64,000 nt of DNA from NCBI RefSeq assembly GCF_001194135.2, contig NC_068990.1:94156370-94220369 (forward strand), given 5' to 3'. Below, one piece after another: positions 1 to 9,560 of this stretch. The first letter of the stretch is position 1. The number at the start of each line of letters is the position of its first letter. Below the pieces are notes generated by a model that was not told the origin of the DNA, ran no database searches, and worked only from the letters and a program-made list of their open reading frames with translations. This stretch comes from Octopus bimaculoides (lineage: Eukaryota). The position numbers and the translations under genes are program-made.

Positions 1-536
1 CTACTTGACAGATCTTCTTCATTCTCTCCCTTTCTCTTCTACTATAAAACACTATGTCCCTTTAGATAAAAGCTAGCCTTTCTCTGTTCAGATCCTCACC
101 TTTTTTATCTTCTTACTCTGGACATGCATCTTGTGTGCATCACATCCGAGATTTTTCTTCAAACTCTTCACCCAGTCTTTCCTCTGCACAGTTTTACATT
201 CAGAGGCATGTATTCCATCTTTAATCTGTATAAAAGTGAGACAATGTAAATAGATATATACATAATTTTTTAAAATCTGTAGAAAAACAAGGGATGCAAA
301 AGGAGTCAAATGTAGTTTCTGACTTGATACAGGCATGTGATGTCTATGAAAGATAGCCATTGGTTAAAAAATTGGCAAATAATTCAAGTAGAAGGAATCA
401 GCAGCCATGGCAGACCAAAGAAGACATGAGAAGTTGTTGTGAAGTCTTATCTCTGGAATTTGAACATCGTGAAAAATCACAATAAAATGATAAAGAAGTG
501 TCCTGCCTATGCAGGCATGAATAAAACAGATGTAAA

Positions 537-588
537 ATGATGATGACAACGATGACAGTGATGACACAATGATGATGATGATGATGAC

Positions 589-631
<43 letters not shown>

Positions 632-685
632 GTAATGATGGCAGTGGTGGTGAAGATGATGATCATCATGATCATGAAGATACAT

Positions 686-725
<40 letters not shown>

Positions 726-727
726 AT
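537..727. repeat. Compound microsatellite, (GAT)n then (CA)n
   Basis: Direct reading: imperfect GAT run ~537-675 followed by a CA run ~687-727. It explains the poly-M/H/I ORFs at 364-852. Confidence 0.95.
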
Positions 728-1416
728 ACAGAGTGTATTAGATATATACAAATAGATAGAAAACTGAGAAAGTGCCTGCATTTATAAAGAAACTGAACGA
801 TATAATATATACACACACACAAACTTCTTTGGTGACCTGCCCAGCTTTCCATTCCTCAGCCAATCTTTCATCTAAGAAGCAGCAGTAAATATGCAAGTCA
901 GCTATTGGTTTATTCGCTCTAATATCAATCTATTCTTGGCCACTTCTGATGCAACCACAACTAACAATTTTTCTTCTTTCTTTTTTTTCCAGAGAAGTTA
1001 TGTTGGAAAGCATGCACAGTTTAGCCCGACTATCACTGAGGAATCATACCAAGAGGGAAAGAAAACAGGAAACAACTTCGATGCTATCTCAAATAACTGT
1101 TTCAGGAAGGTAGCCATCTGTATAAAACAGGTAGTGAAAAAGAAAACAAAAACGTCAGAGAGATGCTGACATCCTGAAAGAACAAATTTTAGCAGCTCAG
1201 ATCATTAGTACCATGGTTCTCATCTTGAAATACTTTCATTTGCTCCAAGTTAAGTATTTAATAATTTTCATTCTGGATTATGCAATAAAGTAATGGCAAA
1301 TATTCCCTCATTAGCAGAGTTCTTTAAACTTGGCTTTTATCCATTCTAAGTAGTTTGAAAATATTTTGCCATTGACAGTAACTTCTTTCTCATTAGTTTT
1401 TATTGTTACTGGTAAT

Positions 1417-1418
1417 TA

Positions 1419-1473
<55 letters not shown>
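1417..1473. repeat. (ATT)n microsatellite
   Basis: Direct reading of a perfect ATT run. Confidence 0.95.
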
Positions 1474-1475
<2 letters not shown>

Positions 1476-1479
1476 CTGT

Positions 1480-1760
1480 TTCTAACACTGGTTGAGATGA
1501 AGGAAAAGCATGTGGTACTGAAACTGATTTTAACCATCTTCTCCACATGATGAGTCATCTTCTCACTTATTACTTTGGTTGCCTTAAAACATTTCTCCAA
1601 GACTTTCCTTCTACATAAACACCATCCTTGAATTAGACAGTTCCATATGTCAGGATATTTGTACATGAACAAGTACAGCAAGAAGTATTCATTAAGGCTC
1701 TGGGTCACAGATCCCAAGATCATGCAGTTAAAGCTTGTTACCTCCATTTGCATTGTATTC
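1480..1760 (-). mobile_element. Possible piggyBac-like transposase C-terminal remnant (highly decayed)
   Basis: A minus frame gives EYNANGGNKL, reminiscent of the piggyBac YN..MGGVD motif, amid many stops. It is on the same strand as the piggyBac-like fragments at 3425-4060. Motif recall only. Confidence 0.2.
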
Positions 1761-2502
1761 CAAGCTTGGAAATCATAGATTATGCAGTTAGTATCATTTC
1801 TGTTTTAGGCCCCTAGCAAAGTTAATTCAATTCAGATAGTTATTGAAGCAAAAAACATAGAATACTACAATTTGTCTGGAGCACAATGCTAATACTAAGG
1901 CAAAATGCTACAAGATGCTTTGATCAGTGCAATAATAAAAAAAGAAAAATAATATTGATAGAAAACAGAAAGAACTCGAATATAATGAAATTGGTGAAAT
2001 CATAGTTAATGGAACAATAAAAATAATATTGTAATATGTAGACTAATTCAATTTTATTTAAATCTCATTCATGAAACATAACATCATGTTAAAAGAGTGT
2101 CTACAATACAACAGAGTTTTAATGCTAGCATCATGGCTACTCCTTTAGGCTGTCTTGCAAATAATTTGCAACTGCTCTTCTAACAATCTGAATTTATTTA
2201 ATTATATGTTTGGTTTGCATTGAGCTTTAAAGATATTCTGGTTCTAATTCACAATCAAAATACCTTTTACAAAATAATACAGGCAACGTAGCATCTCAGA
2301 ACAACACATTATTATTATTTTCTTATAGCTGTATGTTTTTGTCATCAGATCCTAGCAATTAACTACATTTAACATTGCAAATGAATTATTACCTAATTCA
2401 TCTCAGTTGGTTGCTACTCTCTGCTGCACACTATGGAGACAGGCTTTCTACTATGGGATAAAAATATAAATGTAACATTTTTCTCACTCTCATATGCATC
2501 CC

Positions 2503-2552
<50 letters not shown>

Positions 2553-2756
2553 ACTATCTATCTATCTATTTATATCTATATACATACATATATACATATA
2601 TTAATATTTGTCTTTATGTTCAGTTATAATAAAAACAATTTTGCATACATCTGATGGGTTACTCTATGATTTTGTAGAGTACAAATTTATTATTTTTAAA
2701 CAAGAATGTTACTGACAGTGACTTCAAAGTTTCAGCCAGCTAAGCCATTGTCAGAC

Positions 2757-3025
2757 NNNNNNNNNNNNNNNNNNNNNNNNNNNNNNNNNNNNNNNNNNNN
2801 NNNNNNNNNNNNNNNNNNNNNNNNNNNNNNNNNNNNNNNNNNNNNNNNNNNNNNNNNNNNNNNNNNNNNNNNNNNNNNNNNNNNNNNNNNNNNNNNNNNN
2901 NNNNNNNNNNNNNNNNNNNNNNNNNNNNNNNNNNNNNNNNNNNNNNNNNNNNNNNNNNNNNNNNNNNNNNNNNNNNNNNNNNNNNNNNNNNNNNNNNNNN
3001 NNNNNNNNNNNNNNNNNNNNNNNNN
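2757..3025. other. Assembly gap (N run)
   Basis: N run; (AT)n on the right flank. Confidence 1.
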
Positions 3026-3033
3026 ATATATAT

Positions 3034-3065
<32 letters not shown>

Positions 3066-3264
3066 GCTTGAAAGTATATATATGTATGTGTGTATATGTC
3101 ATTGTTCAGTTTTATTTCAAAATTTCTTGCCAATAGAGAAAGAGCCAGTTTCTAGCCGAGATCCAAGGCTCCTTCATTTGAAATTCAACATCAACATGTT
3201 CAATATCTGTGTCTCACCCAATAAAAGATAGCACTACTCACATTTGCAGAATACATCTTTTCTT

Positions 3265-3400
3265 TCAGCTTCAGTGACAATCAATGCTCAACTGGTATTT
3301 GTTTCATTGACCTTAAAAGAAAGAACAAAGACGACCTTGGCAGAACTTGAACTCAGAATGTAAAGCTGGAAGAAATTCCACTGACATGCTAATGATTGTG
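3265..3400 (-). mobile_element. Degenerate tRNA-derived SINE (B-box-like GTTCTGAGTTCAA plus conserved central domain)
   Basis: Reverse complement matches the better-preserved copies at 25215-25435 and 45530-45740. Confidence 0.7.
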
Positions 3401-3424
3401 CCTGCTCTCAAACCGCAATGACAC

Positions 3425-4060
3425 AATGCTGTGGTTTTTGTCTGAGAGAAAATCCTTTCAGAGGCAGTGTTAAAAATACATTATATATTGGAGCAAGGCA
3501 AACATCATCTCAGCAGTGACTCACAAGAACACTGGACGTATTCCAGCCTTTTGGGGCTTTGCCAATAATGTGTACCTGCCCACCAAATGCTTAAACGAAA
3601 CTCTACCCTCCAACACATATGAAACAGTAAATAATACATTCACTGGTATCGCATAAACCTTGCTGGGCTGTAATAAACTCAGTGAATGCAACTGAAGCAG
3701 CATTAAATAGAAATAGCCATCTGTATACCATTCTTACCATTGAAAAGCATAATGCTATGGTCTTTATCTGAGGGAAAATTTCTTCATAGACATGTTGTGT
3801 TACAAACACAATATATATTAAAACGAAGTGAACACCATCTCAGAAGTGACTTACAAGAAGTCCAGAAGCATTCACACTTTCTCGGCCTTTGTCACTGATG
3901 TATAATAATTTCTAAATTCTGTAATTTATCTTAGGTCCTGGTAGGGTATAAAGGTAGAGTATTTCCAGAGAAGCACTCCACCCAAGTTCTGGGTTATCAA
4001 CACCGTCAGATTCCAAAATAATACCAAAATTCATCAAGTGTAGAAAATCCTGGATTCACG
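3425..4060 (-). mobile_element. Two tandem, diverged piggyBac (PGBD-like) transposase core fragments
   Basis: 3425-3574 and 3751-3904 align at about 70% by hand. Minus frames give QQGLCDTSECII, EGRVSFKH...KPQKAGIR, QNLGGVLLWK and WYTDGYFY. These resemble the piggyBac motifs (L.IDE.M..FKGR..FKQY.P.KP.K.G.K; YTDN.Y), with stops and frameshifts. Confidence 0.5.
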
Positions 4061-5021
4061 ATGGCAAAACTGTTGTGTGGGCGTAGTGAAGAATAAACTA
4101 CAATCCCATAATTTACTGTTGGTAAGCAAACTTGTGAAATCCTTTATTGACAAACTGAGAAACCAGTTAAATATTGTAGCCATGTGTTATTAATGCATAA
4201 TAGAAAGTAGAGCAGAACATCTGAGTGTATTGTATGTATAGAATATGTAATTTGCTCCCCCTGATTAGCTTCCAAACATGTTTTACACAAGAATATATTT
4301 GATATAATTAAAAAATAGGGGAGATGTTGTGAACATGCCAGTGTGGTTGGAGTGTGTTACTTATTTTGTAATTGGAAGCAATAAAATTTAATAAAATGTA
4401 TTGTTACACGTAATTAAATAAATAGAATTGAAATATTAAATATAAAGAAGTAAGAGTTCATTAACGTGAATTTAATTTAATAGCTTCTAAAGGATTTGTT
4501 TAGTTGTAGTTTCATTAGATATATGATGGAGGAAATATATAATGTTTACTTTCGAATATTATGATGGAAATTTCATCCAAGCCCATATAAGCAGTATTGA
4601 GAAATATATTCTACGAATTCTATGCAAATCAATTACTAAGCCAAGACTGTTGCGTGCAAAACAAATGTGCAACTTGTGTGCAGGTGCAACTTTTAAAAAT
4701 ATCTATATATGGTAGATGGCAAAGAATAAGGAAAAGATAGATTATGGGTCAAGACTTTGGCATATTAATGTTTAAATTAATATACTAATTACCCTTTTGG
4801 GGTAATTAATGGGTTTGAAATGTTTGTATGTCTTAAGAACGTTGTGCATGAAGAAAACATGTGGAATGTTTGTTGAGAAGAGAAGCTTTGGGAAAGAGGA
4901 TTTTTAGGCTTTGTGGAGAAACAGAGATTGCATTGTTTGTTGTTAACCAAGTACAAAACGGGATTTTTCAGTTGCCACATATATAGTAAAGTTTTGGTAA
5001 GACATGTTGGTTTTTGAAAGT

Positions 5022-5166
5022 GGTTTTAGGAAGAGCATCCAGCTGTAGAAACTCTGCCAGATCAGATTGGAGCCTGGTGCAGCCTTCTGGTTTCACCAGT
5101 CCTCAGTCAAATCGTCCAACCCATGCTAGCATGGAAAGAAGACGTTAAACGATGATGATGATGATG

Positions 5167-5167
<1 letters not shown>
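5022..5167 (+). mobile_element. RTE-LINE 3'-end fragment with (GAT)n tail
   Basis: GCATCCAGCTGTAGAAACTCTGCC...CCCATGCTAGCATGGAAAG...GTTAAAC(GAT)n. Its CAGCTGTAGAAACTCTGCC core recurs in the UTR that follows RTE ORF2 at 37605-38324, and the whole tail matches the copy ending at 5649. Confidence 0.85.
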
Positions 5168-5205
<38 letters not shown>

Positions 5206-5267
5206 TGCACACACATATATATATACACACACATACATATATATGTATATATACACATACACATACA

Positions 5268-5649
5268 GATCGTTGCCAGTGCCCCTGGACTGGTTCTTGT
5301 GCGGGTGGCACATGAGATGCACCATTTTGAGCGTGGCCGTTGCCAGTACCGCCTAACTGGCTCCTGTAGGATTTTCGAGCGAGATCGTTGCCAGTGCCCC
5401 TGGACTGGCTTGTGCGGGTGGCACATAAAAGACACCATTTCGAGCGTGGCCGTTTTCGTGCGGGTGACACGTAAAAGCACCCACTACACTCTCTGAGTGG
5501 TTGGCGTTAGGAAGGGCATCCAGCTGTAGAAACTCTGCCAAATCAGACTGGAGCCTGGTGTTGCCATCCGGTTTCACCAGTCCTCAGTCAAATCGTCCAA
5601 CCCATGCTAGCATGGAAAGCGGACGTTAAACGATGATGATGATGATGAT
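5268..5649 (+). mobile_element. 5'-truncated RTE-LINE: complete 3' UTR with internal ~113-bp sub-repeats and (GAT)n tail
   Basis: Near-identical (2 mismatches seen in ~270 bp) to the reverse complement of 37917-38181, which lies directly downstream of an RTE ORF2 stop codon. Confidence 0.9.
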
Positions 5650-5689
<40 letters not shown>

Positions 5690-5896
5690 GTCAGGTGCTC
5701 TTATTTTTTCATACAAATACCACAATTGTGTGGCCTTCTATGATATATTCACATAAAGTAAGAAACTCAAAATGCTATTTTGAAATCATACCGCTTCCGT
5801 CACTAATAATGAATTTTTACTTCTGCCTGCCAGCTATTTGCTAATCACTATTTTTTCTATGTCAGGTGAGGCTAAATTCGTCTAAGCATGTGGTTG

Positions 5897-5961
5897 CTGG
5901 CAGATGCTTGCTACTGATGATATGCAAATATGCAGAAATCTGGATTTAACACTACTGCCAG
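5897..5961 (+). ncRNA. Putative degenerate type I hammerhead ribozyme motif
   Basis: CTGATGA (5914-5920), a 14-nt stem-loop II containing CAAATA, GAAA (5935-5938), minimal stem III (A-T, T-A, C-G, loop TG) and triplet ATT (5944-5946). Stem I has a 7-bp distal helix CTGGCAG (5897-5903)/CTGCCAG (5955-5961). Stem II pairs poorly. Confidence 0.4.
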
Positions 5962-6179
5962 ACAATTTTGGTTGGCTACAAATATTCTTCTGTGCTTTTG
6001 AGCATAATCTGTTCATCTTTCTCAAGGCAAATACCATAGTCGTGTGGATTCTTAGATTATATCTGCATTAAATAGGATATATAGAAGGCTGTTTTGAAAT
6101 AATGCTGCATCCATTACTAATAATGAATATATAAGTGTGTGCATGTGTATGTGTGTGTGTGTGTGTGCGTGTCTTCATA

Positions 6180-6342
6180 ACTGGTATTGGTTTGTTCATG
6201 TCCCTGTAACTCAGTGGTTCAGCAAAAGGCACCAATAGAATAAGTATCAGATTTTAAAGTGCCAGGAGTGACCAGTTCAACTTTCAAGGTGGTCTCCAGC
6301 AATGTCATGGTTAAATGACCGAAATGAATAAAAGATAAAAGA
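6180..6342 (+). mobile_element. SINE 3' portion (family also at 8690-8790, 34705-34790, 54990-55150)
   Basis: Shared motifs ...GATAGAATAAGTA...CTCCAGCA(A)TG...AAATGAC(C/T)GAAA...AATAAAAG, following a (GT)n tract. Confidence 0.7.
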
Positions 6343-6511
6343 TATCACAAAGCACATGTGATAATTGTTACAAATGAGAACCAACAGATGTGATTGGCCA
6401 TTTCCAAGCAAGATTCTCAAAGTCATTCTTCCAATGTTGACTTGGTGTTGCTATTTTTGTCCTTATTTGTCATTTTCTGCTCATTGATTTCATTAATAGG
6501 CTGCCTTGCTG

Positions 6512-6949
6512 AAAAGGACAATCGATTATATGAAGAGGACAGTTGACTATCTAAAGAGGACAGTTGACTATATAAAGAGGACAGTCGATAATCAAGAGAG
6601 GACAGTCAATTATCTAAAGAGGACAATGGATTATATAAAGAGGACAGTTGACTATCTAAAGAGGATAGTTGACTATATAAAGAGGACAGTCGATTATCTT
6701 AAGAGAACAGTTGATCATTTAAGACAATAGTTTCATTATTCAAAGTGTACACTTGATCATCTAAGACGATAGTTGATTATCCCAAAAGGACAGTCGATTA
6801 TCTAAAGGGGACATTTGATCATCTAAAACGATAGTTGATTATCTAAAGAGAAAAATCAATTATGTAAAAAGGACAGTTGATTATTCAAAAAGAACAGTTA
6901 ATCATCAAAGACGATAGTTGATTATCCAAAGGAGACAGTTGATTATCTC
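6512..6949 (+). repeat. 21-bp minisatellite, ~21 units, consensus AAGAGGACAGTTGA(C/T)TATCTA
   Basis: Direct reading. The first ~10 units form an open frame (KRTVDY[L/I])n; later units include 20-bp variants and stops. Confidence 0.95.
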
Positions 6950-7430
6950 CATATTGTGCTGAGAGATTAATCATTTACTGAATATAGTTTTGTTATTCTA
7001 TTTATAATCAATGTGCTATTTTCGTGCTTTCATAAATTTGTCATGGCTTTCCTTTTGAAAGCTTCATGTGTTTCAGATGGATTAATTTCTAATATTTTCA
7101 CATTTTTCAATAACCGCCTCAGATTCCCAGGGTGCTTTTCTCTTGATTTTCTATTTGAATCAACTCCAGCTTACAGCTGCATCATAATGTAACATGACAA
7201 AATTTTCGTATAAGCACATTGGTTCTATTTAATTCAATGAAGCATATTTAATAATGTTGAAGTTTGATTTTTATTTTATTTTTCTCTATGGTGGGAAAAT
7301 GTAAGAATAACTTGCTTCAAGCATAACTAATCTTTACAAATTGCAAATATAGTCAAATAGTAACTATAAAAGGGAGCAGTATAAATATGTATGCCTGCAG
7401 GAGGATTTTGTTCATGTAGATTGTGTGTCA

Positions 7431-7690
7431 AATTCATCATCATCATCGTTCAACATCCGTTTTCCATGCTGGCATGGGTTGGACGGTTCGACTGGGGTTT
7501 GGGAAGCCAGGAGGCTGCACCAGGCCCCAATCTGATCTGGCAGTGTTTCTACAGCTGGATGCCCTTCTTAACGCCAACCACTCCATGAGTGTAGTGGGTG
7601 CTTTCTACATGCCACCGGTACAGGGGCCAGAGGAACTGGCATCGGACATGAGTGGATGGTGCTTTTTACGTGCTACCAGCACGGGGTTTC
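7431..7690 (-). mobile_element. RTE 3'-end / RTE-tailed SINE-like copy
   Basis: (CAT)n-CGTTCAACATCCGTTTTCCATGCTGGCATGGGTTGGACG...CTACAGCTGGATGCCCTTCTTAACGCCAACCACT, the reverse complement of the family at 5268-5649. Confidence 0.85.
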
Positions 7691-8689
7691 ACAACTACAA
7701 TTTCCATTTGAAAAACTAATAAACTGACAACACCCACTCAATCAGTCACAAAGTATACATAATGCATTTAAGGTTAGTATAGAGTTTCACAAGAGGTGTT
7801 TTTCTCTTAGTTTTTAATATTAACTTCAAAAGCTAGAATATTTCTTTGTGCTTATCAGTTTAAGAACGAATTCAAGTTTGGAGCGGAAATAGAAGTAGTT
7901 TCAAAAATAACTTAAGTCGTGTTGATCAAGTCATTGACCACAAGTCTCTCTTCAGTCTGTCAGGAAGCATCACTCACTCATTCTATGAATGTTTACACTT
8001 CTTTTATTTACAAGGAAGAAAATACTACCAAAGAAATAGTTTTAATTTTGAAAGAAAGAAATATTTAGTGAGTAGTTGTTATTAATGGTACCTAATCTCA
8101 AAGAATAATTGGCAAAGTCAAATATGTGATATTTGGTTTTAGAACAGTAAAGTACTGAGTTAGAATCAAAAATCCACTGCACCATTTCCAATGTCTTGGT
8201 GTGCAAAGACTAGAGAGAGTTAATTTTTAGTGTAAAATCTGAGAAATTGTTAAAAACATATTAGGCATCAGTGTAAAGTGATAGTTCTTACATTTTGAGA
8301 GTGATGGTATTTAGCGAAATTGACACAGAATTAAAATAATGGTCACTCTGAAGGATACAAGAGAAGATGTTATATTGGAAGAGTAGCCATGATAATGATC
8401 AAGCAATTATTGATATTTAAACAATCATCATTTATCAAATTGCAATGATTTCAAAAGTGAGATGATATTTATTGGAGAGATCTAGTCGAGGAATATAATG
8501 AATGTATGTTTATTATCACTGGTTGATAAAATAGTTATTTTCATTTAAAAATGATGATGGATATACAAAGCACATATTTGGGTAAAGAATTGGGTGATGA
8601 GTGTTAGAACAGTGACTGTGATAGCAGGCACAATTTCTAAATAGATGTATCTAGTACTTAGTAATTTAAGAATAAATCAAATGAGTCAA

Positions 8690-8790
8690 CTTACGGAATG
8701 AATAAGTCCTGGGGTCGATTTGCTCGACTAAAGGCAGTGCTCCAGCATGGCCGCAGTCAAAATGACTGAAGCAAGTAAAAAAAAAAAAAT
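8690..8790 (+). mobile_element. SINE 3' portion
   Basis: GAATAAGTCCTGGGGTCGATTTGCTCGACTAAAGGCAGTGCTCCAGCATGGCCGCAGTCAAAATGACTGAAGCAAGT plus A-rich tail; homologous to 6180-6342 and 34705-34790. Confidence 0.75.
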
Positions 8791-9054
8791 TAAAAAAGAA
8801 TTTGTGTCATTTTTCAACAAAAAAAATTTCTAAAATAAATTCTGGAAATGTACGCACCTCCTAAAGTTTATTTTTATTTTTGTGGTAAAAAGTGTGTAAA
8901 TTACATAGGTTTTTGCAGTACTTATAGAAACAACTTTGGTAAGATAACATGCAGAAACTAAGTCAAGGTATATACATTAAAATAAACTAACATATTCTGC
9001 ATATCCTTTCTCTAGACATGAATCCATATTTCTGATGGAATTAGCATTCACCTT

Positions 9055-9560
9055 ATCAGTTAATATCCATGTTTTATGTTGGCATAAGTTGGACAGTTTG
9101 ACAGGATCCAACAGGTCAAATAACTGCCCCAGGCTCCAATGTGTACTTTGGCATGATTTCTACAGTTGGGTGTCCTTCCTAGCACCAGGGACTTTACATT
9201 GTGGACAGGGTGCTCTTTTCACTGCACCGGTACTAGTGAGGTCATCGTGCAGCTTGCAAAACTACAATTCCTGAGAAAGGTGGCTTTATACTAGGAGATT
9301 AGGAATAAAGCTTGTATATGTGTCCTTGGTTTTGAACTGTGCTGATTTCATCATCAGACATTAGTTTGGAGGTCTGTGAAAACATTTCCAGATTAGGGCA
9401 AACATCTTGCCTGAAGACAGGTGAGGGTTGGCACCAAGAAGAGCATCTGACTGTAGAAAATTAATGAATTTTGTTGATCCATGCAAGCATAGAAAAGTCT
9501 AAGTTTTAAAAAAATCACAACATGGATGACAAACACAACAAAGTTAATGATGATGATGAT
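9055..9560. mobile_element. Two degenerate RTE-tail-family copies in opposite orientation (~9055-9280 minus, ~9385-9560 plus)
   Basis: Diverged matches to TTCTACAGCTGGATGCCCTTCCT and to its reverse complement; (GAT)n tail at ~9547. Confidence 0.55.

Noticed and set aside
112-225. Minus-strand candidate exon (IKDGIHASECKTVQRKDWVKSLKKNLGCDAHKMHVQ)
   Set aside because: Splice-like ends are present, but there is no recognisable homology, and joining to the nearest upstream candidate creates a stop.
364-852. Poly-His/Met/Ile ORFs (also 19756-20459, 24533-24872, 26284-26927, 27323-27505, 34738-34929, 42732-43282)
   Set aside because: Stop-free translations of tri- and dinucleotide microsatellites or N gaps; no domain content.
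3425-3904. 330-bp period as cadherin repeats (octopus protocadherin expansion)
   Set aside because: No LDRE, DxNDN or AxDxG motifs in a consistent frame; piggyBac motifs fit better.
5090-5110. CTGAGGA-CTGGT-GAAA on the minus strand of the RTE tail
   Set aside because: Only 5 nt between the core halves, so no stem II is possible.
5126-5496. Repeated ~110-140 aa ORFs (also 37707-38407)
   Set aside because: Translations of the GC-rich RTE 3' UTR on several frames, downstream of the ORF2 stop.
6512-6949. 21-bp repeats as a CRISPR-like array
   Set aside because: Contiguous tandem units without spacers.
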